Part shown: positions 47,113 to 55,718 of the stretch, piece after piece
Layout: every line of letters starts with the position of its first letter
Numbering within the stretch: position 1 is the stretch's first letter
Source of the DNA: an uncultured Bacteriovoracaceae bacterium
GTDB lineage: Bacteria > Bdellovibrionota > Bacteriovoracia > Bacteriovoracales > Bacteriovoracaceae
NCBI GenBank assembly: GCA_964012805.1
Contig: CAXGUD010000005.1
Span: forward strand, 64,001-128,000
Reading direction: 5' to 3'
DNA: 64,000 bases
The notes under the pieces: generated by a model
Seen by the model: the letters and a program-made list of their open reading frames with translations, nothing else
Told to the model about the DNA's origin: nothing
The model's database searches: none
Translations under genes and position numbers: made by a program

Positions 47113-47907
47113 ATGATCGAGAATATACTAGGAACATTTAGAACTGCGCTTTGCATGATTCTGACATTTTTTATAGCACTTTTTGCATCTATTTCTGGTT
47201 TATTCATTGGCGGCCAAAGAGCTTGGGAGTTCTGGAGAGAAGCTTGGGGAAAAACAATTCTCTTCTTTTTAGGCGTTAAAATGAAAATTAATGGCATGGA
47301 AAACCTTAAGGGTCCTGCCGTTTTCATAATGAATCATGAAAGTGTAATAGACATTTTTACCATTGCTGCCATTACTCCCAAAAAAACCACATTTGTATCA
47401 AAAAAAGAGGTAGCTCGTTTTCCTTTTGTTGGAATAATAATGCGAATGGGAGGCTGCATATTTATAGACCGCTCCAATACGAGGTCTGCTATTGAAAGTA
47501 TCAAAGAGGGTGTTGAAGAAAGAAGAGAAAATTATTCAATTATTGTCTTTCCAGAAGGAACACGCTCTAACGCAGAGCAAGGACTTAAACCTTTTAAGAA
47601 AGGCTGCATGCATATTGCAATGGCGGCTGGTATTCCAATTGTCCCTATAGGCCAAAGTGGAGCAAGAACTCTTGCCAGCGGAAAAAGCCTCGTTATAAAA
47701 AAAGGTAGTCCTATTTATTTTGAAATAGGAGAACCTATTTCTACAGATATGTGGAACTTGGAAAATACGGAAAAACAAATGGAGCTTTTACAAGAGGAAG
47801 TAAAAAACCTTATTGCCAAAGCTAAAACGAAAAGAGAAAAAGCATTAAAAGACCGAGGCAATGAAGATCATTTTAAAAACGATAACTTTTCAACTAAAGC
47901 ACTTTAA
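47113..47907 (+). CDS. plsC: 1-acyl-sn-glycerol-3-phosphate acyltransferase
   Basis: NHESVID (HX4D), FIDR, FPEGTRS, PFKKG and PIVP. Confidence 0.88.
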   Translation: MIENILGTFRTALCMILTFFIALFASISGLFIGGQRAWEFWREAWGKTILFFLGVKMKINGMENLKGPAVFIMNHESVIDIFTIAAITPKKTTFVSKKEVARFPFVGIIMRMGGCIFIDRSNTRSAIESIKEGVEERRENYSIIVFPEGTRSNAEQGLKPFKKGCMHIAMAAGIPIVPIGQSGARTLASGKSLVIKKGSPIYFEIGEPISTDMWNLENTEKQMELLQEEVKNLIAKAKTKREKALKDRGNEDHFKNDNFSTKAL

Positions 47908-47945
47908 AAATCGAGATAAAACTTCAAATAAAAGAGGAGTCTAAT

Positions 47946-48617
47946 ATGGATAACCTTATTTTAATAAGACACGGTCAGAGTCGTTGGAACCTTGAGAATC
48001 GTTTCACCGGATGGGTCGACGTTGATTTATCTGAAAATGGAATTTTGGAAGCAAAAGAAGCTGCGAAAGTTTTAAAAGAGAATGCTATAGAAATTGACTA
48101 CGTCTATACTTCGGTACTTAAGAGAAGTATTCAAACCGCAGAACTAATACTTGATACATTAGAGAAAAATGAACTTTCATTAACAAAAAGTTGGCAACTG
48201 AATGAAAGGCATTATGGAGCGCTACAAGGGAAAAATAAAAAAGAAACAGCTGAGCTTCATGGAGCCGAGCAAGTAAAAATATGGAGGAGATCCTTTTCTA
48301 CAAAACCTCCACAATTGAATGAAGAAGACATTCAAATACCTGAAAGCTGGGGAGAAAACATTCCAAAGGTACTTGGTGAAAGTTTGGAAGATACCTGTAA
48401 AAGAGTTGTCCCTTTTTGGAAAGACAGTATTTTAAAAGACATTAGAAGGGGTAAGAAAATACTGATAAGCGCTCATGGAAATAGCCTTAGGGCCCTCTTA
48501 AAGCACCTTTTTTCAATTTCTGAAGAGAAGATCTTAGAATTAGAAATTCCCACAGGAAAACCAATTCTTTGTAAAATTAATGAAGAAGGTCTAGGTGTTG
48601 AATATTCATATATTTAG
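47946..48617 (+). CDS. gpmA: 2,3-BPG-dependent phosphoglycerate mutase
   Basis: RHGQSRWNLENRFTGW, LNERHYGALQG and AHGNSLRAL. Confidence 0.96.
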   Translation: MDNLILIRHGQSRWNLENRFTGWVDVDLSENGILEAKEAAKVLKENAIEIDYVYTSVLKRSIQTAELILDTLEKNELSLTKSWQLNERHYGALQGKNKKETAELHGAEQVKIWRRSFSTKPPQLNEEDIQIPESWGENIPKVLGESLEDTCKRVVPFWKDSILKDIRRGKKILISAHGNSLRALLKHLFSISEEKILELEIPTGKPILCKINEEGLGVEYSYI

Positions 48618-48644
48618 TAATCGTGATGAAACTGGGATCATATT

Positions 48645-49268
48645 ATGTCATTAACTATGCCAATACTTGAGGAACTTCAACTTTATTCTATCAATAAATG
48701 CCCTTTTGAAAGCTTCGAAAAATGGTTTGAAGAAGCATTGACCAAAGAAGAAAACCCTTCAGCATTCTCCTTAGCAACCGCAACAAATAATGCAGTTCCC
48801 TCAGTTAGGTTCCTCCTCTTTAAAGGGTTACAAAATTATAAGTTTAACTTTTTTACCAACAAGACAAGCCCCAAGTCACAAGACTTGTCTAAAAACCCCT
48901 ATGCCGCAATGGCTTTTTACTGGCACAAGACTGGACGCCAAGTTCGCATCTCTGGAAAAGTTGAGGAGATGAATAGAGAAATGGTTGAAGATTACTGTTC
49001 CAAAAGACCAAGATTAAGCCAAGTCGCAACTTATGTTTCTAAACAAGGTCAAAAACTTAAAAGTAAAAACGAGCTTATAGAAAGCTTCAACCAGTGCTTA
49101 GAATCATTTGAAGGTAAAAACATTCCTACACCAAACCATTGGACAGGGTACTCAGTAATACCACATGAGATAGAGTTTTTTATTTATGGAGAACATCGGC
49201 TAAATGATAGATTTCTATTTGAAAAAAAAGAATCGGAATCGTGGGAAATATCCAGACTAGCACCATAA
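48645..49268 (+). CDS. pdxH: Pyridoxamine 5'-phosphate oxidase
   Basis: FEKWFEEA, LATA, FFTN..S.K, RQVRI.G, RPRLSQ, P.HWTGY and RLAP. Confidence 0.88.
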   Translation: MSLTMPILEELQLYSINKCPFESFEKWFEEALTKEENPSAFSLATATNNAVPSVRFLLFKGLQNYKFNFFTNKTSPKSQDLSKNPYAAMAFYWHKTGRQVRISGKVEEMNREMVEDYCSKRPRLSQVATYVSKQGQKLKSKNELIESFNQCLESFEGKNIPTPNHWTGYSVIPHEIEFFIYGEHRLNDRFLFEKKESESWEISRLAP

Positions 49269-49280
49269 TATAAATTAAAT

Positions 49281-52200
49281 CTAGAGCGGCTTCACCTTAG
49301 CATTGGAACTAAAGGTTAAGCAAAAAGATGTTCCCTCATTCATGGTCGTCTCAATATTTAAATCTGCTCCTAATAAATTTAATGATTTTTGCACAACATC
49401 CATCCCGATACCTCTTCCTGAAATCTCAGTTACATTTTCTTTTGTACTAACGCTTGGAAGAAAAATGAGATTAATCTTTTCTTTCGTACTCATTACTTCT
49501 ATTTTATCTTTTTCAACAAGACCTAACTTTACACCTTTTTCAGTAAGCTTATTGATGTCTATACCGACTCCATCATCTTTAATCGTAATCGAAATATTAT
49601 CACCATCTAATTGTTGGCATAAGATCTCTATAAGACCTACTTCATTTTTTCCTTTGATTAATCTATCATTCGGTTTTTCAATCCCATGATCTACAGCATT
49701 TCTAATAAGGTGGACGATAGCTTCCTGTAAAATGTTTAAAGAATCTCTATCTAAAGAACATTCTTCACCGACTAAAGAAAACTTAATTTTTTTTCCTAAG
49801 TTTTCAGAAATTTCTTTAATAACTTTCTGGTATCGAAATAAAGAAAATTTGACTGGAAGATAAAGTAATTTATCAAACATTTCATTTAATATATTTTCTT
49901 CATTTTTAATAGAAGGGATACTTATAATCGTTTTTTTTACGTAATCATAATTTTCTACTAATATTTCATGTACTTTCGGTTTAAGATCTGAGGCATTATA
50001 ATCTTCTATATCTATATAGTTTTTAAATAGCTTCAGAAGATCAATATTTTTAGAATAAAAATGCCAAGAGAAATCTTTTTTCAACATGAATTCTTTCAGA
50101 TTATTTACAAAAGAATAATTTCCTAATGAAAAAAGCCTTTCAATTTTATCAAATGCTTCAAGAAGGTCGAAACGAAATAATTCATAATAAATTTCATTAA
50201 TAAAGTTTTTAAATTCTTGGTCACCAAAAATTAAATTTATCACAGACTTAATATCTATTTTCAAAGTTTTAGATATAATACCAAACAAGTCATTTCTATC
50301 TAATCCATTTTTTTCCAAAATATTAAGTGTTTGCCATATAAAAGTCTTTTCAAATCTCGAAACATTAGGATCTATAGGTTCGTTATTTAAAAATGATTCA
50401 ATAAAAAAGACCCTCTTCCCAGGTGAAATATTTTTATAAAGGTCAAGCTGAAATAGAATAATAATAAATTTCCAGATCTCATTAAGAGTAAAAATAATCT
50501 TTTGATGCTTTAATTCGTTATCTAAAGTTTTCGATTCTATCAAATCATAGAGATATCTAAATAAAGCAGGAAAAAAATCTAATTTAATACTTAAGGTATT
50601 TGAGTGAATATGGTAAACATTTTGAATAATATCATTGCTATTAATATAACTTTTATTAATTAACTTTTCTGAAATAATTGTGATATCCTTAATTAAGATA
50701 GACCAGAAATCAGTATTTAATTCTAAATTGTGAAATTGCGATGACTTTACAAAAATATTTTTACATATTTTTCTTATTTCACCTATGGGGTCAATAAAAT
50801 ATTCTTGATATTGTTCCTTAGAATAATCTTCATTATCTTTAAAGTAAGAAATACCACTTTCTAAATGGTGAATTTTCTGAGATAGCTCCTTTTCATCAAT
50901 TCCTCTTGCAAGACCTTTCATTGAATGGCTTATATTTTCGATTTCTTCTATAATTTCAGTTCGATCGCTATTATTTTTAATAGAATCAATAGTTTCGATC
51001 TGAAAATCATCATAGTTTCCTATATTTGAGTTTTCCCGTTTTGATAACTTAGAAACCAAATACTCAAGACTTTTTAGTAATTCGTGCAACTGGGATTTAA
51101 ATTTGAGATCTTCTTTAAACTCTAAAGAAAAGACTTCTTTGGCGGAATTAATATATTGGCTAACTTGACCTTGAAGAGCATACAGTTCCTGAACTAAAGA
51201 ATTTGTTCCTTCATAATCATGATTCTTTTTATAACCTAGGTTTTCATTATAATTATCAGTAATAAATTTAGAAAGAATCGTTTCAATTTGATGAGCACTA
51301 GACGAAATATAACTTAAACCATAAACTCTAGCATTACCCTTAATTGTGTGGAGTTGCCTAAACAAAATAGGCAAATCTGAAACTTTTTCTGAGCTTTCGA
51401 CCTGACTTCTAATTTTTTTGGCAATAAATATCGAGTCCATGGTCATTTTATTTGTGGTACTAAAGAATTCACTTAAATCTTCTTTTTTATTTAAAGCAAG
51501 TTCCTGAAGGATTTGGATATTTTTCATCGAATTTTTTCTCTGCTCTTCAACCTCTTTTTCAAGTTTTTCAATTTCAGTTATATCTTCAACGACAAACATT
51601 ATACTTTGAATTAAATTAGATTTATCAAACAAAGGATTATAAGCTATTTTTAGTATTTTTTGATGCTCTAGTGTTTCTGAATTATAAATGACTCGGTTTG
51701 GAAAGTGGTCCTTAACCATTTCCCACTGTAGATCATCAGATCCAAATAATATGCTTAGAGAAAATTTGATCGTAGAATAAACTTCTGAGTCTTTGTCAAT
51801 ACCAATAAACACATTATTAAATAAATCATCTCCAACTATATCGTTACCAAAAATGATTTCTGAATATTTAGAAACAGGTTTTTGAACTATACCTTCATTC
51901 GATATTGTAAACACGGCTTGTCTCATATTATCTAAAAGATTTGAAATATCATCTAGGGCCATCGAAAGTTCTTTCGTTCTTTCTTTTACTTCATCCTCTA
52001 AATTAATATTTGCATCTTCAAGTAGCTTATTGGCCTTTAGATTTTCTTCTAGAAGACTATTAATAATATCAGCAAGACCTAAGGAAAGAAGAATAACTTC
52101 AAAAACACCTCCTATTTGAAAAGCATTTAAAAAAATAAACCAAGGAGGCAAAAATCCATTCATTTGTCCTATTTGAAGGATCCCTCCTCCAGTTATAAAA

Positions 52201-53225
52201 ATAAATGCCAAAAGATAATACTTAGCAGGCCGATATTCTAACTTTAATTTATAAGCTCCCACTAGAATAAAAAAGGTGAAACCCAAAACTAAGAAAAAAT
52301 AAAATGGGGTTAATAGATATTTATAAAAAGGAAAAAAGGATCCTACTAAAAAGCCAATGGCTAAATAAGTTAAAATTATAAAAAACTTATGTATTACTGG
52401 TGTGGACTTATTAACCCCTAAATAATTTATAGTAAAAAAGATAAGAAAAAGAGCAGTTAGAGAAGCTCTCAAAAGAAAACCTTCATTTTGAAACCAAATC
52501 CAATCTGGGTATAGAAATTGAAATCCCAAACCATTAGATGCCATATTTAGTAATGTGTATGAAGATATATATAAGATATAATAAAGGTAGCTTACACTTT
52601 TTGTAGATAAGTAAACAAAAAGGTTATAAAAAATCATAACAAACATAATTCCGTAAAAGAATCCAAATCCGGCCATCTTAAAATTCTCTTTCTCTGAAAA
52701 TGCTATCGGCGAGTAAAGCTTAAGTGGGATTTGAATACCATCATCAGATTTAATTTTAAGATAATAAGTTGTTCCCTTTTCAGGTCTAATATTAAAAACA
52801 AAATTTCTGTTTTTAACATCTCTTGTTGAAAAGGCCCTTCGATCTCCTGTCTTAGTAACGGCTTTCCAATTTCCTGAAATTTTTTTATAGAGCTCAACGT
52901 AATCGCACCAAACTTGTTCAAATGCCAGTAACCAGACATTAGAAGGATGATTTTTATTTTCTATTTTGAGCCTGATCCAAAAAGATGATCTTGAAATTCC
53001 AATATTTGGTATTTTTGTTTTACTAGAAATGTACTTGGAGCGAAATTTCTTTTTTGTAACATCATTAATTGTCAGTTTATTAGAAGAATCCTCAAAAATT
53101 GAAATTTCATAACCTACATCATAAACATCTTTTCCATCTAAAAGAATTACTTTTTGCTCAGCGAGTAAATTGCTGGAAAATAAACAAAAAGTGATTATAA
53201 ATATAAGGTAAGACCTAAAGTTCAT
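49281..53225 (-). CDS. 7TM-DISM sensor fused to a PAS-like domain, two HPt domains and a CheA-type HATPase (class III histidine kinase)
   Basis: DISMED2-like ectodomain (FWIRLKI, TGDRRAFSTR), 7 TM helices, LEDEVKERTKEL coil, HPt motifs LFRQLHTIKGNAR and ISHSMKGLAR, and HLIRNAVDHGIE/DDGVG/SGRGIGMDVV; no CheW domain. Confidence 0.88.
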   Translation of the reverse strand: MNFRSYLIFIITFCLFSSNLLAEQKVILLDGKDVYDVGYEISIFEDSSNKLTINDVTKKKFRSKYISSKTKIPNIGISRSSFWIRLKIENKNHPSNVWLLAFEQVWCDYVELYKKISGNWKAVTKTGDRRAFSTRDVKNRNFVFNIRPEKGTTYYLKIKSDDGIQIPLKLYSPIAFSEKENFKMAGFGFFYGIMFVMIFYNLFVYLSTKSVSYLYYILYISSYTLLNMASNGLGFQFLYPDWIWFQNEGFLLRASLTALFLIFFTINYLGVNKSTPVIHKFFIILTYLAIGFLVGSFFPFYKYLLTPFYFFLVLGFTFFILVGAYKLKLEYRPAKYYLLAFIFITGGGILQIGQMNGFLPPWFIFLNAFQIGGVFEVILLSLGLADIINSLLEENLKANKLLEDANINLEDEVKERTKELSMALDDISNLLDNMRQAVFTISNEGIVQKPVSKYSEIIFGNDIVGDDLFNNVFIGIDKDSEVYSTIKFSLSILFGSDDLQWEMVKDHFPNRVIYNSETLEHQKILKIAYNPLFDKSNLIQSIMFVVEDITEIEKLEKEVEEQRKNSMKNIQILQELALNKKEDLSEFFSTTNKMTMDSIFIAKKIRSQVESSEKVSDLPILFRQLHTIKGNARVYGLSYISSSAHQIETILSKFITDNYNENLGYKKNHDYEGTNSLVQELYALQGQVSQYINSAKEVFSLEFKEDLKFKSQLHELLKSLEYLVSKLSKRENSNIGNYDDFQIETIDSIKNNSDRTEIIEEIENISHSMKGLARGIDEKELSQKIHHLESGISYFKDNEDYSKEQYQEYFIDPIGEIRKICKNIFVKSSQFHNLELNTDFWSILIKDITIISEKLINKSYINSNDIIQNVYHIHSNTLSIKLDFFPALFRYLYDLIESKTLDNELKHQKIIFTLNEIWKFIIILFQLDLYKNISPGKRVFFIESFLNNEPIDPNVSRFEKTFIWQTLNILEKNGLDRNDLFGIISKTLKIDIKSVINLIFGDQEFKNFINEIYYELFRFDLLEAFDKIERLFSLGNYSFVNNLKEFMLKKDFSWHFYSKNIDLLKLFKNYIDIEDYNASDLKPKVHEILVENYDYVKKTIISIPSIKNEENILNEMFDKLLYLPVKFSLFRYQKVIKEISENLGKKIKFSLVGEECSLDRDSLNILQEAIVHLIRNAVDHGIEKPNDRLIKGKNEVGLIEILCQQLDGDNISITIKDDGVGIDINKLTEKGVKLGLVEKDKIEVMSTKEKINLIFLPSVSTKENVTEISGRGIGMDVVQKSLNLLGADLNIETTMNEGTSFCLTFSSNAKVKPL

Positions 53226-53249
53226 TTAATCAGTTTCCCCTATGACAAA

Positions 53250-53277
53250 TTTTCGGTATCCTTTGAAAAACTGTTTA
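53250..53277 (-). promoter_or_regulatory. Possible sigma28-like promoter for the 1314-aa kinase
   Basis: TAAA-N16-ACCGAAAA; the spacer is one nt longer than consensus. Confidence 0.35.
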
Positions 53278-53310
53278 ACAAAACTTTAAAAATTTAATCA
53301 AAAGAACAAA

Positions 53311-54126
53311 ATGCTCAGAGTAATCAGAAGAATAATTATAGGACCACCCGTTGCATTATTAATTTTTATTAATATGTTTTTCTGGACAACTCTCCTAGTT
53401 TTTTTGGCCACTTTTAAAGCTATTCATAAAAGTGAAGCACTAGAAAAAAAACTTGACAGAATTTATCAACTAGCAGTCGCAGTAAATACAGGGGTCTTTA
53501 AAAAAATTCTAAATATCTATATTATAATTCAAGGCGATACTAGGCTCGAGTACTCAAAAAATTACTTAGTTGTCTCAAATCATGCGTCTTGGTCTGATAG
53601 CTTCATCAACCAAGGTGTAATGAACGATGTTATCCCACCCTTCCGTTTTTTATCAAAAAAGGAAGTAAAGTACATACCTTTCGTAGGAATCATAAGCTGG
53701 GCATATAATTTTCCTTTATTAAGTAGAAATAAGTTGGACAAAGATAAGAAAAAAATCCTTGAAAACGCTAAAACCTTAGGAGATAGGCCTATTTCTTTTT
53801 TTATTTATCCAGAGGGAACTCGTTTTTCGAACACAAAAAGAAGGAGGCAAGAATCACCATTCAAGTATCTTTTAAAGCCTAAAATAGGCGCTTTAACGAC
53901 ACTCCTTAAAACTAATATTGAGTACGAAAAGATCGTCGATATAACACTTTTATATCCCAAAACTAAAATCAATTTTTGGGACTTATTAAGTGGTAATATT
54001 TCTCATATCTATGTTTATGTAAGACAGTTAACTTTGGAGAAAGAAACTCCTCCTCACGAAATTAAAAGTTGGATTTATCAAAAATGGAAAGAAAAAGACA
54101 ATTTAATTAGAAGCTTTAGAGACTAA
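53311..54126 (+). CDS. YihG-like lysophospholipid acyltransferase
   Basis: NHASWSD, FLSKKEV..IP, YPEGTRF, LLKPK.G and DITL.Y. Confidence 0.85.
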   Translation: MLRVIRRIIIGPPVALLIFINMFFWTTLLVFLATFKAIHKSEALEKKLDRIYQLAVAVNTGVFKKILNIYIIIQGDTRLEYSKNYLVVSNHASWSDSFINQGVMNDVIPPFRFLSKKEVKYIPFVGIISWAYNFPLLSRNKLDKDKKKILENAKTLGDRPISFFIYPEGTRFSNTKRRRQESPFKYLLKPKIGALTTLLKTNIEYEKIVDITLLYPKTKINFWDLLSGNISHIYVYVRQLTLEKETPPHEIKSWIYQKWKEKDNLIRSFRD

Positions 54127-54153
54127 GTTCCCTTAGGGTAGAGATTGTATTGA

Positions 54154-55635
54154 TTAAGATTTTTCATTTTTCAAAATTCTATAGACAACAGAAAAAGCCC
54201 CTGAAATGACTCCGACAACCCCTTGCCCAGGAAAAACAGTATCTCCCACAAGAAAAATATTCGGATCAGGTGTAGCATTTTTTGGGTATGAAAAGGGATA
54301 ATAATCCAAAATATGTGGTATTCCACCAACTCTTCCTTCAAATCTATTCGTATACTTTTCGAAGGTTGCTGGAGTGCCCACTTCACCTTTACCTATTTCC
54401 AAAATTTCAAATTTTTTAAAATTTTCTTTAAAAGTATTTAACACAATGTTTTCAAATCTTTTTATTTTGGCTTTATTATCTCCGTAAAAGTCTTGTTCTT
54501 TAAACAAGTCGATTGAAATATGGGTAGAAACAGTTATAGTTTGAAATCCATTTTTACTTCTACTTAAGTCATCTTTTTCAGAAAAGCTAAAAAATAAAGA
54601 CTCAGATTGAATGAAGTTTTTCAATTCATTTGAATGAACTTGGTGATAGAGTGAGCCTAAATCTTTGTTAAATTTAACTGAGAAATAGTAAGTCATTGCT
54701 CCCCAGCTTTTACTATATTTTTTTGAGACTATATTCATTTTATTTTTAAATGCACCACCACATATATTAGCAAAATTCCAAATTGGAATATTACTAATTA
54801 TATTTTTACTTTCATAAACTTCAGTTTTCTTATTGAATTCAGCTTTAACACTAAAAATATTTGACTCTTTTTTTTCTATAGAAAAAACTTTTCTTCTTTT
54901 TTTGACATCACCTTTAAATTCCTTGATTTTTTTTTCTATTTCATGACCCATAGAGGTTATTCCTCCATATGAATAGAAAGTATCCTTTGGGTAATTCAAT
55001 CCTAATGCAGCCAACAAATAAGGTACTTTGTCTGATTTTTCCTGAGCTGTAATCATTAAAATTTCATCTAGGAAGTTAATATAGTCCTCATTGTTGGAAG
55101 CATCCTTTGGAAGACAACTTCTAAAGCTCATAAGAAGACTTGGTAGAAGTGCTAGATAATTGCCTGTATTCTTACCAATAAAAGAAAAAAGGTCTTTAAT
55201 CCCTGCTGGAGGAAAAAGTGGAACTTCAGATAATAATCCCCAAGCCAATTTGCTTACTTTTTCGATTTTCTTCCATATTTTTTCATGATTTATACCCGGA
55301 AAGTGTTTATTTAGCTCATCAATCCATTTGTTAAAGTTTCTATACCGAAGTATTTTTTTCCCTTTAAAATGGATCACCATCCCTGGATCGACTCTCTTTT
55401 TTTTAAGCTGAAAATTTAACTCTTTTTCAATTCTATCAAGAGGTCCATTGTAATCGAATCCAGATAGTGTCGTGGCCCCTACATCATATAATAAGCCCTC
55501 TCGCTTATAGAAACCGGCACATCCTCCTATAGAATAATGTGATTCTAAAACTAAGACTTTTTTATTTGATTTTGCTAATAGAGATGCAGCTGTCAATCCA
55601 CCGTATCCAGCACCTATGACTATAAAATCATACAT
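54154..55635 (-). CDS. Phytoene desaturase / CrtD / CrtISO-like FAD oxidoreductase
   Basis: IGAGYGGLTAA, GGCAGFY.R, YDVGATTLSG, TPATFEKYT.R..G.VGG and GDTVFPGQG. Confidence 0.82.
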   Translation of the reverse strand: MYDFIVIGAGYGGLTAASLLAKSNKKVLVLESHYSIGGCAGFYKREGLLYDVGATTLSGFDYNGPLDRIEKELNFQLKKKRVDPGMVIHFKGKKILRYRNFNKWIDELNKHFPGINHEKIWKKIEKVSKLAWGLLSEVPLFPPAGIKDLFSFIGKNTGNYLALLPSLLMSFRSCLPKDASNNEDYINFLDEILMITAQEKSDKVPYLLAALGLNYPKDTFYSYGGITSMGHEIEKKIKEFKGDVKKRRKVFSIEKKESNIFSVKAEFNKKTEVYESKNIISNIPIWNFANICGGAFKNKMNIVSKKYSKSWGAMTYYFSVKFNKDLGSLYHQVHSNELKNFIQSESLFFSFSEKDDLSRSKNGFQTITVSTHISIDLFKEQDFYGDNKAKIKRFENIVLNTFKENFKKFEILEIGKGEVGTPATFEKYTNRFEGRVGGIPHILDYYPFSYPKNATPDPNIFLVGDTVFPGQGVVGVISGAFSVVYRILKNEKS

Positions 55636-55718
55636 TTCAATCGCCTAGTAAGGTAAATATTTGATAGTAAGAACTCTTAGACTCTAGTGTTTATAACTAC
55701 TAAAAATAACCACTAAAA

